Below the pieces are notes generated by a model, which was not told where the DNA came from, did no database searches, and was given only the letters and a program-made list of their open reading frames with translations. Made by a program: the position numbers and the translations under genes. Of a stretch of 64,000 bases of DNA, positions 48,381-57,141 are shown piece by piece (within the stretch, counting starts at the first letter, position 1; each line of letters begins with the position of its first letter). Origin of the DNA: a virus (lineage: Duplodnaviria > Caudoviricetes); IMG/VR virus record IMGVR_UViG_3300029913_000001, one strand, 5' to 3'.

Positions 48381-51300
48381 TTAGTTTCCTTCGCAGTGAT
48401 AGAAGAGGTTGCCGGTCAGTGATGGGAAGGTGAACGTCACCGCCGTGTTGCTTTGTGCGCTGTTGTAGACGTTGGTTGCCAGCGTTGTACTCGCGTTCGC
48501 CGTGCAAAACGCCGCATTTGTCCATCCAGAATTGGCAAAGGTGATAGTCACGGATGTTGCCGCGCTCAGGCCGGTGATCTCGCCACCCGCATTGGTGGAG
48601 TAGGCCGCGATAGTTCCCGCTGAGGTTATGGGCGCTGTTGCTGTGATGTGCTGAGTGCCGTTCAACCAGGTTCCCACCGTTGCAGTGTTGCCCACCGTTG
48701 AGGTGTTGCTGCCGTTCCCAACTGCTCCGTTGCCAATCACATTTTCATTCGTGTCGCCGCTGGCCTTTGCCTCCGTGTTAGCGCCTAGGTAGACGCTGTT
48801 TGAAGAGGTTGCGTTGGCTGTCGAACCGTCGCTGATAAATTGACCAGCCTGGTAACCCTGCGCGGAGTTGTAGTTGCCGGTCGTGTTGGAGTAGAGGACA
48901 TTGTACCCCTGCGCGGAGTTGTAGTTGCCGGTCGTGTTGGAGTAGAGGGCATTGTACCCCTGCGCGGAGTTGTAGCTGCCGGTCGTGTTATATGTTCCGC
49001 CCCCGCCCTCGAAAATGTTGTGCAAAGAAGCCAAGCCTTGATACAGCATGGTAGTCGATACTGCGCCAGTCGAGTCTTTCCCCGTGTACGAAAAGGTTGT
49101 GATGGGGTTGATCTTCTTTGCGCTGATCGCTATCGTCCCGTTAAAAGCCGCAGTCGGCGTGTAGGTAAGCGAAGTTCCATTCGCCTTCGGACTGAATGTG
49201 AGTGTGCTGCTTGCCGCCGTGCTGCTGGTATACGTCTGTGCTGTCCCGATTGCGACTGTTACCGTCCCACTGCCCGTGTTGCCTGTTATTCCTGCCGAAA
49301 TCTGGTAAAAACTTCCACTCGTAAATCCTGTGCAAGTCAGCGGTGCGGTCGTTCCAGGTGCAACGTAGTTGGGATAAGTCCCTGTCCAGCCGGTGCCGCT
49401 GCATGTTCCGCTGGTGGTCAGTTCTGGTCCAAGCGAGGCGGAATCTGTGGCTGATGTGGCTGCCGGAGATGTAATCGAGCCTACAGTTAGGATCGGAGTG
49501 CTCAAACCTCCGATTGGAGTCAGGGTCCCCGAATCGTTCAGCGTCATAAGCGACTGCCATGCAGTTCCGCTGCTATTCGGAGCCCACCACTGATGGGCAT
49601 AAGAAGACGCCCCGGTATAGAGTCCCGTGTACCAGTCTGCCTCTCCGTTTCCCGTGGAGGCGTTGAAGCCCGCCATTGCCTCAGATTGAGACGCGAACGG
49701 AAGCACGCCACCTGCATAGAGATTAGCGCCCCCGACGCTACCAAACGAGCGGATAGAGCTTGCTTCCAGCGTGATTGTATTTCCATATTTGCAAACTCCA
49801 TTGTATTGATTGCAAAAGGTGTTAGTACCTGTTGGGTCGGTTACAGCATACCCATCAAATGATCCGAAAAAGAAGTTTCCTGCATTAGTCGTCGTGTTGT
49901 TGATGACGATCCCGTTGTTCGTGTCCCAGATAGAGAGGTTGGTCCAATAATTCTGCTGCCAGGTGCCCGCTCCATCGATTTGGATTCCAATATCGCCGGG
50001 GATCAGGGCCTGAAAATTGTCCGCGATAAAGTTATTTCGTGCTATCAGTCCCGTCGATGTCGGATTGATTTCCGTGCCGATGATCGAATATGAATCCTGC
50101 ACCCCATTAAAGCTTACCGAGTTGATGAAACCTGTCGTTGTGGCTGTGAGGTATCGACCGTATTGAAAGCCCTCAATCGTCACATCGTTGAACGCGACCG
50201 TGTAAATCGACTGCGTAGCCGCGTTCGTTGCAGATATATAGATCGCAGTGCCCGTTCTGACGGGATAGGCGGTGAGTTTCGAGTGCTCTAAGGTTGTCTG
50301 ACTTCCATCGCGGTAATTGTCAGTATAGCTTATGACTTCGCCAGAGAATGCCGCTTGATTTGAGGCGTCAAACCAACATCCGGTGATGATAGAATTGTTG
50401 TTCTGAATCACCATCGTTTCAGCGGCGGTCGTCGGCTGAAATTCCTGCCCAAAGTCGCATTGTAACTTCTGGCCGTTCCCTATAGTAATCTGCGCCATTG
50501 GGAAGACGCCTGTGCCAAGTCCGCGTGTATCGCATGTTCCTTTTCCAGACGGCAGCGCGGCAAGGCAGGCATTGATCTTTGCACCCACATCTGCGCCGGG
50601 AAACTGTGCCACAGAATAAACTCCATTCACAGCGCCAGCCGCGACGTTGCCTGAGAACGATGCGCTGGTGCCGCTGAGTGCGCCGGTCAGCGTGCCGCCA
50701 GTGAGGGGAAGATAGCTGCCGCTACCGCCTGCGCACCCCGTCGTTGTAAGCGCCCCGCCTGTGCCGTTGGCGCAGACCGGAGACGTGCTGGGAGTGATGT
50801 TAGTAGGAATAATCGCCGGAGAAGACATCGATCCTGGAACTAGAAAATTTCCGCTTGGATCAAGCGTCGCACAGAGAGATGGATTATTGGACCCGTACAT
50901 GCAGTACCACTTGAAACCTGCTGTGTTGAAGGTTTTGAGATAAGCACCGAATGCTGCGCCCTGCTGGTAATAGTTTCCACCAGCACCGTTTACCCCGAAA
51001 CCGTAGCCAGTTAGATTCTCTCCAGCGGAAGTAACCCCATTATTGAGCAGAGAAGAGTTAGTCTGAAAAGAAGTCGTCGCCGTTCCATTCGTGGCTGTAC
51101 CAGAAGCGAAACTATTATTACTGACGTTTCCCCATATCGGGCTGAAGTAACTTAAGCTTCCAATCGAAGCTGCAAAGGTGTTTGTGTTTTGAAATACAGC
51201 GCCGGTGCCGTCTATAGAAGCGCCTCCGCCGATGAAGCTATTTTGTATAAAACTTGTGCCTGAGTACAGAATTCCGACACCACCAATTCCGCTCGGATTT

Positions 51301-52331
51301 TCATAGGTATAGCCAAAAAACGTATTATTAATCGCATTGCCTAGAGTAGGATTGCCCGTGGCATTTAGTTCGATTCCAGCCCCGCTTCCGGTAGCCTGCA
51401 CATCTTCGAATATATTATCGTTCACCCACCCGTTAGAAGAAGCCGATATATAAATGCAGCGATAACCTCCGTAGCAGCGGATGTGCTTGAATGGAATGAA
51501 GGCAATGCCATAATACGAGGCGGTTGAAGATACATAAATGCCATAACCGCCCGGCTGCCCTTCGGCAGACTCCGCACTCACATTGAAGTTGAAGTCCTCA
51601 ACTCCCCCCGTGGCACCATCAATAGAGTTTTCGTTGATTGTGATTTCCTTCCCGGTATAAGCTGCTGTGCTAGGAAAAGTAGTATGAAGGCCCTTGATCG
51701 TTCCGTTCGGTCCCTTTAGGAACATGTTCGTGGAGTTTGTCGAAGGAAGTACATTGGTGGCAGGATCAAAGAGCAACGTTTGGGAAGGCCCTGACATGCT
51801 ACCCGGAGCAACATGCACCTGCGCCGCAATATAGATTGTTAATGCTCCGTAGCATCGCGCATCCACTGTGCCGCCGCTAGAGATGTCCGCGAGAGCCGCC
51901 GTAATCTGCACATCGGCGGTCGCCCCAGCATAAGAGCAGGAAGAGACAATACTGTTCACAGCGCCAGCCGCGACGTTGCCTGAGAATGTGCCATTACCAG
52001 TGGACCCGTCCAGGGTAATCGACGGTGCGATCGGAGTGCCTACCGCGAAGGTACCAGGAGCTGTTACAACCTGCGAACTACCACTGCCTGTTGCGGTCCA
52101 TCCAGACGGCAATCCTGTAAAACTAGAGCAAGTAATTGCTCCATTAGATGCGGTTGCTAATACAGGACAGTTAGCCGCAATGCCGGCGCCAGTAAAAAGA
52201 TTTGCCCAAGCTCCTGCGGCGGTATTTGCTCCGGTTCCCCCATTATGGATGTTAACGGTTGTTATATTTTGGGCAATTAAATTAATGGGCAATAAACATA
52301 AAAATAAGAATAATAATTTTTTAGCTAACAT
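48381..52331 (-). CDS. Tail spike/fibre-like protein with two beta-helix-like modules and a signal-peptide-like N-terminus
   Basis: 1316 aa, Gly/Thr/Ser/Asn rich and clearly more GC-rich than its flanks. Contains GADV..I.A.L...GG motifs of pectin-lyase-like domains and NTTGNYNSAQGY repeats. Confidence 0.7.
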   Translation of the reverse strand: MLAKKLLFLFLCLLPINLIAQNITTVNIHNGGTGANTAAGAWANLFTGAGIAANCPVLATASNGAITCSSFTGLPSGWTATGSGSSQVVTAPGTFAVGTPIAPSITLDGSTGNGTFSGNVAAGAVNSIVSSCSYAGATADVQITAALADISSGGTVDARCYGALTIYIAAQVHVAPGSMSGPSQTLLFDPATNVLPSTNSTNMFLKGPNGTIKGLHTTFPSTAAYTGKEITINENSIDGATGGVEDFNFNVSAESAEGQPGGYGIYVSSTASYYGIAFIPFKHIRCYGGYRCIYISASSNGWVNDNIFEDVQATGSGAGIELNATGNPTLGNAINNTFFGYTYENPSGIGGVGILYSGTSFIQNSFIGGGASIDGTGAVFQNTNTFAASIGSLSYFSPIWGNVSNNSFASGTATNGTATTSFQTNSSLLNNGVTSAGENLTGYGFGVNGAGGNYYQQGAAFGAYLKTFNTAGFKWYCMYGSNNPSLCATLDPSGNFLVPGSMSSPAIIPTNITPSTSPVCANGTGGALTTTGCAGGSGSYLPLTGGTLTGALSGTSASFSGNVAAGAVNGVYSVAQFPGADVGAKINACLAALPSGKGTCDTRGLGTGVFPMAQITIGNGQKLQCDFGQEFQPTTAAETMVIQNNNSIITGCWFDASNQAAFSGEVISYTDNYRDGSQTTLEHSKLTAYPVRTGTAIYISATNAATQSIYTVAFNDVTIEGFQYGRYLTATTTGFINSVSFNGVQDSYSIIGTEINPTSTGLIARNNFIADNFQALIPGDIGIQIDGAGTWQQNYWTNLSIWDTNNGIVINNTTTNAGNFFFGSFDGYAVTDPTGTNTFCNQYNGVCKYGNTITLEASSIRSFGSVGGANLYAGGVLPFASQSEAMAGFNASTGNGEADWYTGLYTGASSYAHQWWAPNSSGTAWQSLMTLNDSGTLTPIGGLSTPILTVGSITSPAATSATDSASLGPELTTSGTCSGTGWTGTYPNYVAPGTTAPLTCTGFTSGSFYQISAGITGNTGSGTVTVAIGTAQTYTSSTAASSTLTFSPKANGTSLTYTPTAAFNGTIAISAKKINPITTFSYTGKDSTGAVSTTMLYQGLASLHNIFEGGGGTYNTTGSYNSAQGYNALYSNTTGNYNSAQGYNVLYSNTTGNYNSAQGYQAGQFISDGSTANATSSNSVYLGANTEAKASGDTNENVIGNGAVGNGSNTSTVGNTATVGTWLNGTQHITATAPITSAGTIAAYSTNAGGEITGLSAATSVTITFANSGWTNAAFCTANASTTLATNVYNSAQSNTAVTFTFPSLTGNLFYHCEGN
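48856..48989. repeat. 51-bp coding tandem repeat, about 2.6 copies (17-aa YNSAQGYNxLYSNTTGN)
   Basis: Units start at 48856, 48907 and 48958. Confidence 0.9.
50626..51986. repeat. Identical 32-bp direct repeats flanking the first beta-helix module
   Basis: TTCACAGCGCCAGCCGCGACGTTGCCTGAGAA at 50626-50657 and 51955-51986 (encodes FSGNVAAGAVN). Confidence 0.9.
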
Positions 52332-52971
52332 AATAAGCCTTCAATATAGAATTTGTTTGCGGTGCTGTAAACATAGTAATAGTAGTTCCCGATAACGTGT
52401 AATCGTCATTTTGTGATAAGACTACCCCGCCTAACGTCAAAATAAGTGAATCCGGCGTTGACGGTAAAGATGCCAAATTAAAAATTAAGTTGACACCATT
52501 TATAATGCCGGATACCGTAGTATTTCCATATACGGTTGAACTTCCAGTAGATATTAAATACTGCCAATAAAAAAAATATAAATTATCGTCCGGCTGCGGA
52601 GCTTCTGTAAAAGTAATTGTGCTTCCGGCGATAGAATATCCTACCCCAGGTATTAATGGAAAATTTTTCCATACAATTAATGTATTTCCCATCGGCGTGG
52701 ATGGAAGATGAAAAACATTATTGCTTCCATCAACTGAGCCGGACGGAACTCCGGCAATCGGAAGACCTGAGCCGGAACTAGTTTCCGTTGAATTAGGAAC
52801 AGTAACAATTTCGGTGTTGCCAGAATATGGGGCGCCGTCGACGATGGTTCCATTTCCAACAAATAATCGTTGAGTATCTACAGCCCAGCAAAGTTCACCT
52901 TTCGCCAATTGCGGCAAATTCTGCTGAAGGCCCGAACGAATTTGAATTCTAGAATTTTGCTTGATAGCCAT
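52321..52971 (-). CDS. Tail-fibre-associated protein (Mtd-N-like head plus small beta-domain repeats)
   Basis: RIQIRSG...LAKGELCWAVDTQRLFVGNG and two GxxNG.N..F.L...P repeats; start ATG 52971. Confidence 0.65.
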   Translation of the reverse strand: MAIKQNSRIQIRSGLQQNLPQLAKGELCWAVDTQRLFVGNGTIVDGAPYSGNTEIVTVPNSTETSSGSGLPIAGVPSGSVDGSNNVFHLPSTPMGNTLIVWKNFPLIPGVGYSIAGSTITFTEAPQPDDNLYFFYWQYLISTGSSTVYGNTTVSGIINGVNLIFNLASLPSTPDSLILTLGGVVLSQNDDYTLSGTTITMFTAPQTNSILKAYYVS

Positions 52972-53104
52972 TAAGATTCCTCTCTTATATTTATATCCAA
53001 CTCGCAAATGTAAAACCAATAACTAGAGTTAGTAGATATAAGCGAGTTGTGTGGCCTGCCGCATAAATGTGGCGGCTCACGTTAATGAATATTTTTTACA
53101 AAGA

Positions 53105-53135
53105 GAAACGACCAATCACTAAGATTGGCCGTTTC
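53105..53135. terminator. Probable terminator hairpin
   Basis: GAAACGaCCAATC-ACTAA-GATTGGcCGTTTC. Confidence 0.5.
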
Positions 53136-53163
53136 TAACTACCCGCGTTTAAAAGATTAATTT

Positions 53164-53712
53164 CTATGGACGATAAATTGCAACAGAAGTTGGCGTTTCC
53201 TTAAAAGTAACACCGGTAAGGTATGCCTGTTTATTTGTGGCTTCTAAAATTTGCGGCGCTAGTATATAGAAAAAATGTTCTGCCAAAGATTCCGCCGTAG
53301 GAAACTCATTAATAATATATGTTTTACCAAATGCAGTTTTTCCTGACCAAAACGAATGTTGTCGAACAGTTTCCGTAATTTTATTTACCCAATCAGAAAA
53401 GATAATGCCCTTAGCTGAGGGCAAGGACTCTTCATATGCCAGACCAACATACTTCGCATCTTGTAAGGAAATAATCATGGCATGATCGCACATTGCATCA
53501 ATATGGGTCATCATTAAATTTTTAAGAATTCCATAATCAAGAACCATTTCAGTTTGCGGGCCGCTACCGAATAACTCACCCACCATTTCTGCAATAATCA
53601 CACCCGAATGCCCGTGACAGGATGAACATTTCCCTGGTCCGCCTTCTGCATTTTGGTGTCTTGCCACTCGGTGGCCGTAATCTATTCGAATTTCTTTTGA
53701 AATAATATTCAT
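53164..53712 (-). CDS. queD: 6-carboxy-5,6,7,8-tetrahydropterin synthase
   Basis: IDYGHRV, CSSCHGHS, DHAM, PTAESLA and ETPTS motifs. Confidence 0.85.
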   Translation of the reverse strand: MNIISKEIRIDYGHRVARHQNAEGGPGKCSSCHGHSGVIIAEMVGELFGSGPQTEMVLDYGILKNLMMTHIDAMCDHAMIISLQDAKYVGLAYEESLPSAKGIIFSDWVNKITETVRQHSFWSGKTAFGKTYIINEFPTAESLAEHFFYILAPQILEATNKQAYLTGVTFKETPTSVAIYRP

Positions 53713-53743
53713 ATATCTCCTAGTAATTTATTATAGCATACAG

Positions 53744-54178
53744 TTACAAAAATATCACATCAAAATTGTACCCACGCAATTCTTTTTCTGGATCAGCAAA
53801 AATAACGGTATTCCCATTTGAAAATGTCATACGGTCATTCCTATTACTTTCCAAAAAATTCGCCGAAATAAAGACCGCCCACACCTTTAAATTCTCTTGA
53901 ATTATACTGGGTAAAATACCGCGGTTCTCGCAAAATATAAAAATAGGTTTATCCGAATTACTTAAAATATACTGCTGTAGTAATTCAATCGACCATTCAC
54001 CAGGAAAGAATATCTTTGATGAATATCTCATTGAAAATGCAAACAACCTCGACAATTGGTGTTTAATTCGATTTTCAAGATGAGTTAACTTTTCATCATC
54101 CCAACTATCCGGATTAGAGAACGGCGATAATAAATTTAGAAGAGTTTCAATTTCTTCCCTATCTAATTCTATTTTCAT
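53744..54178 (-). CDS. Hypothetical protein
   Basis: 144-aa ORF. Confidence 0.5.
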   Translation of the reverse strand: MKIELDREEIETLLNLLSPFSNPDSWDDEKLTHLENRIKHQLSRLFAFSMRYSSKIFFPGEWSIELLQQYILSNSDKPIFIFCENRGILPSIIQENLKVWAVFISANFLESNRNDRMTFSNGNTVIFADPEKELRGYNFDVIFL

Positions 54179-54179
54179 A

Positions 54180-54752
54180 TTATCCTCGAATCTTTCGAAT
54201 CATTTCAATATGCAGCCTTCCTAAATTAATAGCATCCGTTACTGCGCTATGCGGTTTTCCTTCGAATGTTAAATGAAGATATTTTAACGCATTTGCTAAC
54301 GTCAATTTTTTCTTGATCGAATAGTTACTTCGAAAAATAACACCCAAATCCCAAATACCGGTATTACCCCAAGGATTTTCAATATTATCTTTTAAACATT
54401 GCTCAATGATAGCATCATTGTCCGATCCCCATGCGTAAGAAACTTTTCCTCGCGGAGAAAATTCATTTCGAATGGTATTCATAACATCCGAAAATCGTCT
54501 CCCTTCTTTTAATAATAATTCTTTTGTTATTCCGGTGAGGTTAGTACAATACTCAGATACTTCAAAATCTTTATAATTCGGACGAATATAATAATTAGCT
54601 GTTCGAGTAATTTTCAAATCGTATGAGTCAATTTCACATATACCGACTTGAATGATATGCTTCGATTGGCCCAATGGGCATTTTCCATCCGGCCAGCATA
54701 ACATTTCTAAATCCATAAAACTAATTTTTTGTGATGATAAATTCTTTGTCAT
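54180..54752 (-). CDS. DEDDh 3'-5' exonuclease (ERI-1/KapD-like)
   Basis: FMDLEM, IIQVGI, LTGIT, WGSDND and HSAVTDA motifs. Confidence 0.85.
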   Translation of the reverse strand: MTKNLSSQKISFMDLEMLCWPDGKCPLGQSKHIIQVGICEIDSYDLKITRTANYYIRPNYKDFEVSEYCTNLTGITKELLLKEGRRFSDVMNTIRNEFSPRGKVSYAWGSDNDAIIEQCLKDNIENPWGNTGIWDLGVIFRSNYSIKKKLTLANALKYLHLTFEGKPHSAVTDAINLGRLHIEMIRKIRG

Positions 54753-54762
54753 TACATCTTTC

Positions 54763-54957
54763 TTATTCAGATAATTTCATAATCAATAATGCAGACTTGG
54801 CTTCGTGAGCAGTAATATATCGATCCTTCAACCAAAACCAATCTTCAAGCATGTTAACTTGAATACCAAATGTATTGCCTTCGGCTGGATATATTCTAGT
54901 AGGATATGCGTTAACAACGGCATCTGATAGATACCAGGTTGATTGAAGTTTTGGCAT
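54763..54957 (-). CDS. Small protein, KLSE-tail family
   Basis: Ends EAKSALLIMKLSE. Confidence 0.6.
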   Translation of the reverse strand: MPKLQSTWYLSDAVVNAYPTRIYPAEGNTFGIQVNMLEDWFWLKDRYITAHEAKSALLIMKLSE

Positions 54958-54959
54958 AA

Positions 54960-55115
54960 TTACTCGGATAATTTCATAATCAATAATGCAGAATTGGCTT
55001 CTGCTTCAGATGCAAACGGGCCAGATCGTACATACCATTGTCCATTAAAATAAGGACGTATACACCATCTAATTAGCCCGGTTATAGTTTTATAACTTTC
55101 TATCTTATATTTCAT
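54960..55115 (-). CDS. Small protein (51 aa), KLSE-tail family; not in the ORF track
   Basis: MKYKIESY...FASEAEANSALLIMKLSE. Confidence 0.6.
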   Translation of the reverse strand: MKYKIESYKTITGLIRWCIRPYFNGQWYVRSGPFASEAEANSALLIMKLSE

Positions 55116-55375
55116 TCTGATAGTCGATCATCTAGTTGATCGCTCACCGTGGCAATTCGGCCATAAATATCTACCGTGTCTATCCATCGTTCTAACGGGA
55201 AAAAGAATACTCTATGCATACGGCAACTTCGTATTTTATAACAACGGTTGGTATTAGTACACGCCATTACTATGCACTCTTCTCGCGTGCGAGCGGAAAA
55301 CCTATCAAAAATATTGCCGTATACTACAACCCGATCTCCAATTTGATATTTTGTTTCATTCATTTGTGAATCCAA
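55112..55375 (-). CDS. Hypothetical protein (SH3/KOW-like start)
   Basis: KYQIGDRVVV pattern; ends RLSE. Confidence 0.5.
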   Translation of the reverse strand: MDSQMNETKYQIGDRVVVYGNIFDRFSARTREECIVMACTNTNRCYKIRSCRMHRVFFFPLERWIDTVDIYGRIATVSDQLDDRLSE

Positions 55376-55384
55376 TCTGTTTTA

Positions 55385-55621
55385 TTATTCGGACAATTTT
55401 AAAATTAGTAATGCAGCTTCCGCTTCTTCCTTCGTTGTATATAACTCTGGGCTAAGATAATACCAGCCGCCCCGCAATATTGAATGAAATCGAGTTTGAA
55501 TTCCATACCAATTACCCAGCTCTTCTATTCGATATTCTCTAATTAATTTCGGCAATGGCTGTATCTCGGAAAACGTAAAATTTTTGCACATCTCAATTAT
55601 TAATTTGGTATCAAGATTCAT
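55385..55621 (-). CDS. Small protein, KLSE-tail family
   Basis: Ends YTTKEEAEAALLILKLSE. Confidence 0.6.
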   Translation of the reverse strand: MNLDTKLIIEMCKNFTFSEIQPLPKLIREYRIEELGNWYGIQTRFHSILRGGWYYLSPELYTTKEEAEAALLILKLSE

Positions 55622-55779
55622 TCGGATAATTTTTCTATCAAAATATAATTTTTAGCTTCGATTTCAGTATCAAATACTCGTAAAAATTGGGCGAGCCCTC
55701 GATAATCTAAGCGATAAACTAGCCATCTATCGCATATTAATATAGGTGGCAAAATTTCATATGTATATTCAGTATTCAT
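55618..55779 (-). CDS. Small protein (53 aa), KLSE-tail family; not in the ORF track
   Basis: MNTEYTYE...FDTEIEAKNYILIEKLSE. Confidence 0.6.
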   Translation of the reverse strand: MNTEYTYEILPPILICDRWLVYRLDYRGLAQFLRVFDTEIEAKNYILIEKLSE

Positions 55780-55799
55780 ACAATTTGTATACCCCGTTT

Positions 55800-56143
55800 C
55801 TTTTACATAGGCGGGGTCACCCTACGGCGCACAGTTTTTAGGCTAGTGCGAGCTCGCGATTGCTAATTTTTACAGGGTACGTAAAAATCTTGGTCGCGCC
55901 ATTGACGATTGAATCGGCAATTATACATATCATTTTTCAATTATGGGCGAAAATAACAAAGACCCAAGCCGTCCACATGACTTTCATTTATCCGTCGAAA
56001 CCGTGACGCGCCCTAGTAGAATACTGGGGTGTAACACCACATCCATCTAATACGAAACTATCTAACTAGTTCAGTATTCTTTTGGACGCGCGGAGAGTTG
56101 AACTCCGGTCCGCATAAAGAAATTCATGCTTCGTACGACTCTA
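55800..56143 (-). ncRNA. ssrA: Circularly permuted (two-piece) tmRNA
   Basis: T-arm CGGAG-TTCAACT-CTCCG and 3' acceptor strand CGCGTCC-A (56107-56083) lie upstream of the 5' strand GGGCGCG-TCACGGTTTCGAC (from 56013). G3-U70 pair; P2 pairings between the pieces; resume GCC at 55918 after ATAATT; tag ends at TAA 55840-55838. Confidence 0.88.
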
Positions 56144-56145
56144 AC

Positions 56146-56838
56146 TTATGCAAATTTTTTTTCGTTGATCATAATTGGTTTCGAATACAATTCTTTCATT
56201 ACTTTTGCATAACCGACTGAATTAGTACACAATGTCTTAAGATGATCCCGATATAATCTTTTTCTGAGTATTGCATGATGCCCTTCATCCAAATTAGTTA
56301 ATAAACCACCATTAGTTAAAAGTCCAAAAATATCGATTAATTTAGATTCAGCTTGAAATGCTTCTGCTTCAGTTAAACTTCCTTTAACTCGAAATACTAT
56401 ATGCTTTTCATTTAACGAATTTATAGATTGCAAAATTTTTCGATGTGTTTCATTTCGCCGCGAATTTTTATCACGATCATTTACTCCTTTTCCTATATAA
56501 AAAGGAACATACTCCATACCCAGGCTAGCGGCAAACGCGTCTTTTGCTTTTTCTAAATCAAGATCAAACAATGGATTCAAGTGAGCATACACAAAATATT
56601 TCTTTTCGTTTGATAATTCTAAATCTTCATAAATCGAGCTAATATCGGAATTCCATATAGAATTATATGCTTCGAATTTTGGACCCTGCCTAACGATATT
56701 CTCCGCTCCTAGACCATTCTTTTCTAACGCTCGAATTCTAGATTTTAAATATCGAACTTTACCTTTCAGCGAATCAATCGAATTCCAATTAACCTTAATA
56801 TTCACTTTTATTTCCTCAATATTTATAGTATACAACAA
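56146..56838 (-). CDS. GIY-YIG (LEM-3-like) endonuclease
   Basis: YFVYAH...FYIGKG...R and EAFQAESKLIDIFG...LTN motifs; late-type TATAAATA overlaps the annotated TTG start, so the true start is probably the GTG just downstream. Confidence 0.7.
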   Translation of the reverse strand: MLYTINIEEIKVNIKVNWNSIDSLKGKVRYLKSRIRALEKNGLGAENIVRQGPKFEAYNSIWNSDISSIYEDLELSNEKKYFVYAHLNPLFDLDLEKAKDAFAASLGMEYVPFYIGKGVNDRDKNSRRNETHRKILQSINSLNEKHIVFRVKGSLTEAEAFQAESKLIDIFGLLTNGGLLTNLDEGHHAILRKRLYRDHLKTLCTNSVGYAKVMKELYSKPIMINEKKFA

Positions 56839-56859
56839 TAATAAAAATATAGCAACAAC

Positions 56860-57141
56860 TTATTTTACATATTGCCCAATACTAACACCTAATTGGCCGG
56901 TGTCTGATGAATTCAAACTCTCTTTAATTTCGATTATTAATTTAGGTATATCTAACAAGTCGGAATCCTCTAGGAAAAAGCACTTAAAATCTCCGGCATC
57001 ATTAATTTGAAGAGCGAGCTTATCTTCCCAACCGGTGTCATTACTACCATATCTAGCGTAGGTCAATACATGATGGCAACGCGCCGGCGGCGGAATATCG
57101 GCTTCTACTGCTTTCAGAAAATCGATTAAAAATTGTCGCAT
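56860..57141 (-). CDS. Hypothetical protein
   Basis: ORF with RBS AGGAG. Confidence 0.55.
   Translation of the reverse strand: MRQFLIDFLKAVEADIPPPARCHHVLTYARYGSNDTGWEDKLALQINDAGDFKCFFLEDSDLLDIPKLIIEIKESLNSSDTGQLGVSIGQYVK

Noticed and set aside
48856-48989. CRISPR-like array
   Set aside because: The units are 51-bp head-to-tail in-frame coding repeats with no unique spacers, and no cas genes are present.
48178-52395. Plus-strand and alternate-frame ORFs over the spike gene (e.g. 48840-49454, 49141-49560, 51976-52395)
   Set aside because: These are shadow ORFs caused by high GC content and repeats; they have no RBS or recognisable motifs.
53040-53095. GC-rich hairpin (GCCGCA-TAAA-TGTGGC) upstream of the tail gene
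   Set aside because: A single short stem with no family resemblance; not enough to call an RNA.
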